Below, piece by piece: positions 29,358-36,661 of a stretch of 61,545 nucleotides of DNA. The notes under the pieces are model-generated. The model made no database searches. It was given only the letters and a program-made list of their open reading frames with translations, and was not told the origin of the DNA. Within the stretch, counting starts at the first letter, position 1; every line of letters starts with the position of its first letter. This stretch comes from a virus (lineage: Duplodnaviria > Caudoviricetes), in the IMG/VR virus record IMGVR_UViG_3300009514_000363, positions 1-61,545 of that record. One strand, 5' to 3'. A program made the position numbers and the translations under genes.

Positions 29358-29435
29358 TGGTGCCTGCGGCGGGATTCGAACCCGCGCGGACAGGAATTTA
29401 GAGTTCCCCGCTCTGACCAGCTGAGCTACGCAAGC
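29358..29435 (-). tRNA. amber suppressor tRNA (anticodon CUA)
   Basis: GCTTGCG/CGCAGGC acceptor, A73, CCA; GCTC/GAGC D stem; GGGAA-CT-CTA-AA-TTCCT; GCGGG-TTCGAAT-CCCGC. Confidence 0.93.
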
Positions 29436-29472
29436 GTTGTTCTATAAATTCTGCCATTAACGGCACAATGAA

Positions 29473-29501
29473 ACTATAACATTAAAATTTTTATTTGTCA
29501 A
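29473..29501 (-). promoter_or_regulatory. sigma70 promoter of the suppressor-tRNA/leader cassette
   Basis: TTGACA-17 nt-TATAGT on the minus strand. Confidence 0.7.
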
Positions 29502-30118
29502 TTTTTCATTTTATTTAATATTTGACACGCACTACAGATTCCACATGGAGATGGTTTTCCATTATACCATATTGGGGTACGACAAGACCATGTTAAATTT
29601 CGTAATTCTGCGGGAAAAATATCACATACTTCCTGTTTTGTCAATTCAATTAACGGCGAGTCCCACACTACTGTAATTTCGTTTGGATAAAGTGCAGCGG
29701 CAAAAATTTTTTGAACTCGTTCTCTGCGGATATGAATATTTTGCCCAAACACCATATCCGTTTTCGTCTGTCCTGATACTATTTTTGTAATAGATGGATC
29801 ACCAATACACATATTCGCAACAAGAACCGCAGCCACATCTAAATCAAACAAAAACCTAGTAAACTTAGGTGGCCGCAAAAATGTTGTTTCTATTACACTT
29901 TCAGTAAATTCAAATTCCCTAAGATTTCTTTCTTCAAAAAAATTAAAGATTTTGTCAATTGCAAGTTTTTCCGCCTGCGCTCTGCGCTCAACATTACGTA
30001 AATGCATATGATGCGCATGAATATTATAATCTGCGTATTTCTCATTCGTAAGCAACATATACAATAGTGCAGTAGAATCTATTCCACCAGAAACCAGACA
30101 AAGAATAGTTTCTTTCAT
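29498..30118 (-). CDS. queC: QueC-like PP-loop ATPase (7-cyano-7-deazaguanine synthase family)
   Basis: LVSGGIDS, PLIELTK, TWSC..P, PCGICSAC Zn motif; divergent, so the substrate is uncertain. Confidence 0.65.
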   Translation of the reverse strand: MKETILCLVSGGIDSTALLYMLLTNEKYADYNIHAHHMHLRNVERRAQAEKLAIDKIFNFFEERNLREFEFTESVIETTFLRPPKFTRFLFDLDVAAVLVANMCIGDPSITKIVSGQTKTDMVFGQNIHIRRERVQKIFAAALYPNEITVVWDSPLIELTKQEVCDIFPAELRNLTWSCRTPIWYNGKPSPCGICSACQILNKMKN

Positions 30119-30122
30119 TGTT

Positions 30123-30344
30123 TTATCTGGTTCGTTGAGAAGTAGGAAGCTCAGACATTAAACGTTGTTTTTCTGCACGCTTTATTGCTGCCGCTTTTGC
30201 GCGCTTGCGTTTTGAAGAAGGCTTTTCATAAAATTCATTTTTACGAATGTCTTTTATAATGTCATCTTTATCTACTGCTTTCTTAAATCTGTGTAATAAA
30301 GATTCAAATGATTCTTTCGGATGTTTTAGTTTTACTTTTGCCAT
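30123..30344 (-). CDS. rpsU: 30S ribosomal protein bS21
   Basis: ESFESLLHRFKK, EFYEKPS.KRKRAKAAAIKR. Confidence 0.93.
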   Translation of the reverse strand: MAKVKLKHPKESFESLLHRFKKAVDKDDIIKDIRKNEFYEKPSSKRKRAKAAAIKRAEKQRLMSELPTSQRTR

Positions 30345-30379
30345 GATTTATTTAGTCGAAAAGAAATGTGATGGTCATT

Positions 30380-31263
30380 AAAATGTAAGGCTGAGATTAC
30401 ACCATTACGACTTGTACCTTCGAGCCATTATCCCATCCCCTGCGACAGTTAGGGTTCTGCTCTTATCCACACCCTCATGGGCGTCTACAAGCATGACTGC
30501 CTTTTTTAAAGTGTGGCGATTCACTTATCATGTAAAGCTATTCAAAGTTTCATCTACCGTCAATCCTATCGGACTACAAAGGGTTCGACCCCACCGTGCG
30601 ACTCCGCTTTAACATCATCCGCCTTGCGGGTTTCAGATGACTACATTCACCGAAGTGTGTAGTATTAAGCCATTTTCACTTTACACTGGACGCGTCTTTG
30701 CGTTTTTATTTAAAAGATAGTTGGAATCGAACCAACAGTCTTCTGCTTTAGAGGCAGATGCCGTTACCGTTTGGCTATATCTAACTAGCAATGATGTGCG
30801 CGCCCAGTAGGTTTGTAATCTTTTGAATTACAAAATGCTACACACCACGTATCTTTCTCCTGCCGGATACTCGACCGTCTTTCAAGATCATTGGGTAGCT
30901 TTTAATATACTACCCGACAACCTATCAAACTGGAATAGCGCCCTTAGTTGCAGCTTCGGACTATCTATTCCTACCCTTTATCCCTCGTGGTTCGCACTAT
31001 TGGTTGTCGTTTGGAGATGGCTACCAACCATTCTTCACTGACTCGTGTTCCCTGTGCACCCGAAGGTGAACACAGGCACTTAAACCAGCATTCTTTCCCA
31101 AACTAGCGCTTCGCCATTACGTCCAGCGCTCTTATCACTGAACGACCCTTACGGGCAGGATGAGGCTTGCATTAGCGTACCTGCGAGCAGGCGATGGTTA
31201 AGCTAGATCCCCATCTTTCCCCTTGTTACCAAGGCTTATGACCTAATGCGTCAATTCTTAAAG
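30380..31263 (-). ncRNA. giant structured ncRNA, GOLLD-like, with embedded tRNA-like domain
   Basis: About 880 nt without a credible ORF, more GC-rich than its flanks, with many UUCG/GNRA-capped helices on the minus strand (CACC-TTCG-GGTG, CAC-TTCG-GTG, CCC-GTAA-GGG, CC-GCAA-GG), tandem promoters upstream and an internal tRNA. Family assignment rests on size and context; ends are approximate. Confidence 0.65.
30713..30784 (-). tRNA. tRNA-like domain with CUA anticodon inside the giant RNA
   Basis: GCC-AAACGGTAAC-GGC D arm (Gln-like), TCTGC-CT-CTA-AA-GCAGA, GTTGG-TTCGATT-CCAAC; only 5-bp acceptor AGATA/TATCT and no CCA. Confidence 0.75.
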
Positions 31264-31270
31264 TCCGTGT

Positions 31271-31383
31271 ATTATACTGATAAATCAGCCAATGTCAAGG
31301 ACTTTTTGATACTTTTTAGAAATCTTTCAAGAAGATTCCTAAGCAAGTGGGACGTATTATACACAGATTATTTCTGCTGTCAA
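31271..31383 (-). promoter_or_regulatory. tandem consensus sigma70 promoters driving the giant RNA
   Basis: TTGACA-16-TATAAT at 31383-31356 and again at 31298-31271, each preceded by an A tract. Confidence 0.85.
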
Positions 31384-31390
31384 CACTTTT

Positions 31391-31738
31391 TTAATCTTTT
31401 TTCGCTTTTCTGAAAAATTCTTCTGATTCAGCATCAAGTCGATTAACCAGTTCAGTGAATTCACACTTTACATAGTCGTCGCTATCATCATTATCATAGA
31501 TTCTGTGGAAATGTCTTTTGAACCAAGGCCCAGGATTATCTGGATTCGGATCATACATTTCTGCGATGTAATCAGTTATAAAAAGAATAATAGTTATAAT
31601 CAATGAAGCTTGATCGCTTATAATATCCAGCAACCACAGTGTGGTTGAAATTAAAAAGACGATAGCGATCATATGATAAAATGTGGCTCTTACATGATGT
31701 CGCCCAAGTATCTTCATTCTATATCTATTATTCTCCAA
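31391..31738 (-). CDS. membrane protein
   Basis: 115 aa, two TM helices; the start may be the downstream MKILG. Confidence 0.55.
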   Translation of the reverse strand: MENNRYRMKILGRHHVRATFYHMIAIVFLISTTLWLLDIISDQASLIITIILFITDYIAEMYDPNPDNPGPWFKRHFHRIYDNDDSDDYVKCEFTELVNRLDAESEEFFRKAKKD

Positions 31739-31739
31739 A

Positions 31740-31940
31740 AATAAATGCTGCCAACTTAACTAAGCGTTGGCAACGGCTCTATAAAATTTTTACATCTTAG
31801 TATGCACTTGCATTAGCCAGTGGCAAGACAACGCCCTACGATCATCGAATCAATGGGACAAGTCCCTCCTCTACGCATCACACGGGATATTAACACGTCA
31901 CGAATAGGAAAGTGTGCGTCCCCTATCGTCCAATCGTGTA
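31740..31940 (-). ncRNA. candidate ~200-nt structured small RNA
   Basis: Own TTGACA-17-TATAAT promoter (31974-31946), nested hairpin with possible pseudoknot, terminal hairpin GTTGCCAAC/GTTGGCAGC plus U tract. Confidence 0.45.
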
Positions 31941-31988
31941 ACACTATTATATAGTTATTGTAATGTAATGTCAATGCCTTATAACGAG

Positions 31989-32010
31989 AAACCCGCCGAA
32001 GCGGGTTTTT
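31989..32010. terminator. intrinsic terminator after the hfa-like operon
   Basis: AAACCCGC-CGAA-GCGGGTTTTT. Confidence 0.75.
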
Positions 32011-32043
32011 CAAGTTTGCCACAATATTAATTAAAAATTAATA

Positions 32044-32799
32044 TTATAGTCCGCCAGTAGAAACACTGAGGTTGTTACCAACAGCAGCAGCGTTAATAGT
32101 CAAAGGACCAGCAAGGCCATAGTTCTTGTTGAAAGAAACAGCGGCTACTTGTGGTGATTTGAAGTTAACCTGACCAGTCAAAGAACCAACGATACCAGTA
32201 CCATTGATGTTGTTACCAACGGCAGTAGCGTCAATTGTTGGATCGATGTTGAATGCATTACTGATGATATCAGCAGTAGCGGTTTGACCACTAAATGCAT
32301 TAACCTGTAATGCAGCTAAATGGTTAGCATGACCACAAGTACCAGTGATACAACCACCACGAAGTTCAACAGTATCGAGTTCAACAGTAAGGTTATTACC
32401 AACGGCAGTAACGTCAACATCCAAATCACCAATTGGGTTGTTAATAACGGTTACTGATGCAGTTTGACCACTGAACACGTTGCCCTGTGCGACAGCTACG
32501 GTATCATAGTTACCAACAACAGATGCGTTATTACCAACAGCAGTGGCTTCAAGCGTTACTTCACCAATCTGTACTTGAAAAGCAGGATTGTTGTTAAGCA
32601 CTTCAATAGTTGCTGTTTGTGATGAACCAACGTTTAACTGAACAGAAATAACGTCATTCAGAACAATTGGTGCTGGATTACCACCATGATTACCACCATG
32701 ATTACCACCATGATTACCACCATGATTACCATTAGATGCTTGTACTGCACCTGCGAAAGCAAGTGCAACAATAGCAATAGCAATTACAATTTTCTTCAT
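32044..32799 (-). CDS. secreted curlin/HfaD-like beta-repeat protein
   Basis: Sec signal peptide; four repeats with Q.N..S.QTA and A(T/A)AVGNN; third gene of the hfaA-hfaB operon. Confidence 0.65.
   Translation of the reverse strand: MKKIVIAIAIVALAFAGAVQASNGNHGGNHGGNHGGNHGGNPAPIVLNDVISVQLNVGSSQTATIEVLNNNPAFQVQIGEVTLEATAVGNNASVVGNYDTVAVAQGNVFSGQTASVTVINNPIGDLDVDVTAVGNNLTVELDTVELRGGCITGTCGHANHLAALQVNAFSGQTATADIISNAFNIDPTIDATAVGNNINGTGIVGSLTGQVNFKSPQVAAVSFNKNYGLAGPLTINAAAVGNNLSVSTGGL
32676..32731. repeat. 12-bp tandem repeat encoding (GNHG)n
   Basis: GATTACCACCAT x4 plus a partial copy, just after the signal peptide. Confidence 0.9.
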
Positions 32800-32837
32800 T
32801 TTATAGCTCCTATAGGATAGTTTATTTTATTTGTGGA

Positions 32838-34247
32838 TTATTCCACGGTTTTACTACGGTTACGAACGTAACATTCGAGACCCCGCGCTTTGGCAGCGTT
32901 GCATAGTTCATTGGCTTCATTGAATGTAGCCTTTGGACCAACCAACAATGCTTTCATCGTGATATCTTGAATGCTGTCATCTTTTATGATGTATGTTTCA
33001 TCACCAAAAAGATCTTTATTCTTTCCTAACTCCAAACATATCCATTCTTCATGGACGGTAAATTCTTGTTGGAAAGTTGCCATCTGAACATAGTAACCAT
33101 TTTGTTCAGATGTAAGTGGTGGCTTTGCCTTGATGGTTAAGTCGCGGGCAGAAGCACTTTTTGCTGTACACGCACCGTTATATCCAGAAGACGGAACTTT
33201 ACCAATAACAGCTGCCTTTTTAGGTTCTGCGGGTTCTGGTACCACAACATGCTCTGGTTGTAAGTTAGGACAAACATATATTATTGCAAACTGTCGTGGA
33301 TTAACGATAGCAAGACGTGCACGCTCATTAAATTCTTTTACTTTTTCAGAATTTTCATCATCTTCCGTTGGTTCATTAGAAGCAAGCGTCAAGTCTTCGA
33401 CCTTGTTGAAATAAGATTCTGCATCGACGTTATATAGTGATCCAATTAACTCACCAACACCTTGTTCAATGATTGCACGAACACCAAGTTGAATCGGTTC
33501 ATCTACTTTATTGCCTGCATTTAAGTCAACGAGTTCAACACCAAAGAATTTAAACACGCCAGCTTTAGTTTCATAGCCTACGATTTGTTTTTGTAACGTT
33601 AATGTTTCAGCAATTTCCAAAGTGCGCGAATTTACAATTCTAAGATCCATTGCAATGTTCATTACATATTGACGCATTCCTGCATATGTACCACCAACAT
33701 CTAATTCGGCACCACCACTTCGGATATTGTAATTAATTTCAGTTACACCACCAGTGATGTAATAATCTGAGCCTGCTACTGAACCAGACTGAATTGGGCG
33801 ATAATTAATAGTTTTTCCATCGGCCAGGCGATAAATTATTTTATCGCCAAGAACTTTCTTATCAGCTAACTTAATTTCAAAATCAAAGATTTTAGTATCG
33901 CCACGTTCTACAATGGAAACAGATTTCATTTTACCCAAAGCACTGACTGCCATCATTGCTGCGCCTTGTGTAACTTTATAACCAGCGTCATTATCTGAGA
34001 ACTTACCAGTTAAGTCTGGAATGTCACCAACAGAAATACGAAGCTTGCGCGCTGGATGAATTGCCATATTGATATGTTCACCAACACACATTAAACCTGC
34101 TGTATACGGGGTATGATTACGTGTGATGCCCGGGCCAGACAATACATCAGTACTGCCTTTGCCTTGGTCGTAACTTCTCATGGAAGCACAGCCGGACGTT
34201 ATTGATAATACTACCCCAATGAGGATAGGTTTAATGGAAAAGTTCAT
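32838..34247 (-). CDS. hfaB: HfaB/CsgG-family outer-membrane secretion lipoprotein with C-terminal SPOR-like domain
   Basis: Lipobox ITSGC; TPYT..L.C, SVGDIPDLTGK, VTQGAAMMA.SAL, GSDYYITGGVTEINYNIRSG, YVMNIAMDLR, QKQIVG, EPIQLGVR; C-terminal YYVQMATF...LLVGP...ANELC..C. Confidence 0.88.
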   Translation of the reverse strand: MNFSIKPILIGVVLSITSGCASMRSYDQGKGSTDVLSGPGITRNHTPYTAGLMCVGEHINMAIHPARKLRISVGDIPDLTGKFSDNDAGYKVTQGAAMMAVSALGKMKSVSIVERGDTKIFDFEIKLADKKVLGDKIIYRLADGKTINYRPIQSGSVAGSDYYITGGVTEINYNIRSGGAELDVGGTYAGMRQYVMNIAMDLRIVNSRTLEIAETLTLQKQIVGYETKAGVFKFFGVELVDLNAGNKVDEPIQLGVRAIIEQGVGELIGSLYNVDAESYFNKVEDLTLASNEPTEDDENSEKVKEFNERARLAIVNPRQFAIIYVCPNLQPEHVVVPEPAEPKKAAVIGKVPSSGYNGACTAKSASARDLTIKAKPPLTSEQNGYYVQMATFQQEFTVHEEWICLELGKNKDLFGDETYIIKDDSIQDITMKALLVGPKATFNEANELCNAAKARGLECYVRNRSKTVE

Positions 34248-34276
34248 GTTCGTTGTTCCTCTTAATTTTGGGTTGT

Positions 34277-34786
34277 TTAGTCGCTGCCAGAAAATGGTGT
34301 ATCTTGTGAATGATATTGAACGTCAAAGGTTGATGTGCCAGAGCTGGTATTGTGACTATCAACAGTACCGCCATCATTAACATCACCATTTAGAACTTGG
34401 GTATTGCTGTCAATATCAAGTACGTTATCAGTTACATTTTGGTCAACTGTTTGGTCACTATCAGTGTTGGTTTGTGTTGTGTTAACTTGGTTATTACTAC
34501 CAGTGATAGTAACATTAGTTATATTACCGATAGCCGTTCCATTTGCAAGACCTTGACCACCACTACCACCACTACCACCAGCGCCACCTATAAATCCTTT
34601 TGGACAACTATCTGGATCTGTTTGACAACGAAGTACCAAACGCTGATTATCAATCAGTTTATCGCTTGGAGTCTTAAATTGCCAGCTTCGATCACCAAAC
34701 GACTGGTTGATTTCGTTGGCAAAAATAGGAGCCGTTGGAAGCATCAATAGCAAGAATAGCGCTATTAGCAGTTTTTGTGTTTTCAT
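34277..34786 (-). CDS. hfaA: HfaA-like curlin/holdfast anchor protein
   Basis: Signal peptide, Gly-rich linker, TAIGNITNVTITGSNNQVNTTQTN motif; directly upstream of hfaB. Confidence 0.65.
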   Translation of the reverse strand: MKTQKLLIALFLLLMLPTAPIFANEINQSFGDRSWQFKTPSDKLIDNQRLVLRCQTDPDSCPKGFIGGAGGSGGSGGQGLANGTAIGNITNVTITGSNNQVNTTQTNTDSDQTVDQNVTDNVLDIDSNTQVLNGDVNDGGTVDSHNTSSGTSTFDVQYHSQDTPFSGSD

Positions 34787-34829
34787 TGTTTCACCTTTGT
34801 GTTATGTGTATGTTTATAAGTTAAATATA

Positions 34830-36002
34830 TCAATTGAATTCGGTTGCGTTCTTTCGAAGAAGGTATTTTTCGCTTATACTCTTTAAAATTACACGACCTA
34901 ATTCAACAGCGCGCCGCTCTTCAACGGGTTTGATAACAACACCTTCGCGCATGTGTGCTTCTTTGCCAGATGCAGTTTCCTTACCATCAGTATAGTGCGC
35001 CACGACACCATCACTATATGCACCAACATATAATACAGGTACAGTCGCGATGCCAATCTTAGTGGCAGTAACCCCGAGTTCATATGCATTTAGATATGCA
35101 CCTTCACCAGGGTTTCCGACATAAATATCAAAGATTCTGAATTGTGGCTTTTCACCGCCATATGTTAAATCTTGTACGCCTGCCCCGAAAATTTCTCCAA
35201 GAATATAAAATGGTTCATCATAACCAACAATTTCATGCATACGATCAAGTACAGTACCACCCGTTCCATTGGGATGTGGAGCAGTTCCATCAAGCGCCCG
35301 AATATAAAGGTTATTTTGGTTTGCTTCATTAAGTTTAAAAGCGAGACCTTTTTCGCTGAGACCTTTTGATGTAATAATATGGGTATCAACTTCTGGATGA
35401 TAACCAAAACAACACCACGTACCATGAAGCTTTTCTGTTACAACAATTTCTTCTCCATATTGTAATACATTAGGAAATTTCTTCAAATTTTCAATATCAT
35501 ATTTCAATGTGTAACCAAAGGCATTAAACACTTCGCCTGCCATATGAACAGGAATGGGTGGTTCCCATTTTGTGATGCCAAGAAATTCTGTTACATCAGT
35601 ACCTTCTGGTGCAAACATAATTGTGTTTGCACCAATACCTTCTGGTCTACGTACACCAGGGGCCGTGCCTTTCGCATCATAGTCAACAAATTCATCAATA
35701 TGTGCGTGAAATGGATATTCAATCAATGGCACAATTAATCCTTGTGATAAAATACCACGCAGTTTAATCGCTTTAACGCGATTCTTTGCTTTGCCTGCAA
35801 GCTTGCCTTCCAAGCCAAGTTCAGCAATCAACCAATCAGGAACGATAGCAGCTTCTGGAATATAAACGCCAAGATCGCCAGTTTTGAACTGACCTTTTCT
35901 TACAATAGAACGATAATCACCAACCTTTGCCAGTTCAATAACATCAGCATTGGGATGATCTTCAATTTCTAAGCGATATACTTTTACTTCAAACGTTGCC
36001 AT
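34830..36002 (-). CDS. RNA ligase (Rnl2/DRB0094 family with N-terminal OB-like domain)
   Basis: HPNAD.IELA, IKLRGILSQG, motif I TEKLHGT, GEIFG.GVQ, FDIY, REGVV, LKSIS.KYL. Confidence 0.92.
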   Translation of the reverse strand: MATFEVKVYRLEIEDHPNADVIELAKVGDYRSIVRKGQFKTGDLGVYIPEAAIVPDWLIAELGLEGKLAGKAKNRVKAIKLRGILSQGLIVPLIEYPFHAHIDEFVDYDAKGTAPGVRRPEGIGANTIMFAPEGTDVTEFLGITKWEPPIPVHMAGEVFNAFGYTLKYDIENLKKFPNVLQYGEEIVVTEKLHGTWCCFGYHPEVDTHIITSKGLSEKGLAFKLNEANQNNLYIRALDGTAPHPNGTGGTVLDRMHEIVGYDEPFYILGEIFGAGVQDLTYGGEKPQFRIFDIYVGNPGEGAYLNAYELGVTATKIGIATVPVLYVGAYSDGVVAHYTDGKETASGKEAHMREGVVIKPVEERRAVELGRVILKSISEKYLLRKNATEFN

Positions 36003-36423
36003 ATTCAGTCTCTTTACATGTTAATTCAATCAATCTATTATATTCATCGTTGCGCTGTTCTGCATTTTCAAAATGCCAGTAATCAGCCGATGAATCCATA
36101 AATTTAAAGGTGATAGTATAAACTTTAAACCCGTTTATGTTTGGGAATTCTTCAATGGAAGGATGGAAAGTTTTTACGATTCCCATATTAATAGGGAAAT
36201 TTTCGAAACCTTGTCCTATCGACTTCGATTGAAATTGGAGGCGCGGACCTTCAACCGCAACAGTACCAATATGAAAGCGCACAACCGTTGATGGAAATAC
36301 AAACATACTATTAACCTTTATTTTATCGCTAGTATATTCTAAATTGTGAAATGTGTCAACTTTTTCTGGATCTTTTTTTAGGTAGGGCAAAATTATCTGA
36401 AACCATACGAATGGAACATTCAA
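35989..36423 (-). CDS. hypothetical protein
   Basis: 144 aa overlapping the RNA ligase start; true start uncertain. Confidence 0.5.
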   Translation of the reverse strand: MNVPFVWFQIILPYLKKDPEKVDTFHNLEYTSDKIKVNSMFVFPSTVVRFHIGTVAVEGPRLQFQSKSIGQGFENFPINMGIVKTFHPSIEEFPNINGFKVYTITFKFMDSSADYWHFENAEQRNDEYNRLIELTCKETEYGNV

Positions 36424-36574
36424 TCAGCACCGGATTCAGACGCGGATCAGTGCCCGTTTTCTTCAAAACCATCATATCAACATCATCTATAGAAACATAA
36501 TTAGGTTGAACTGTTTCAAAAACGATTCTATTTTGTCTGGTATTTGTATAAATGTAGTGCTTAGCCATTGTCAT
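36356..36574 (-). CDS. small hypothetical protein
   Basis: 72 aa with AGGGA RBS. Confidence 0.5.
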   Translation of the reverse strand: MTMAKHYIYTNTRQNRIVFETVQPNYVSIDDVDMMVLKKTGTDPRLNPVLIECSIRMVSDNFALPKKRSRKS

Positions 36575-36661
36575 ATCCCTATATGGTTGATTTTAGTTAT
36601 AATAAATACTATAATATGACGGTATATATGTCATCTGACCTACAAAAAGCAAGGTACTTAT

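Noticed and set aside
30412-31041. Plus-strand ORFs of 66 and 72 aa
   Set aside because: No RBS, TTG starts, and they are antisense to the structured RNA and its tRNA domain.
30380-31263. rRNA fragment or group I/II intron
   Set aside because: No recognisable rRNA signature sequences, no interrupted host gene, and no intron core motifs that I could identify.
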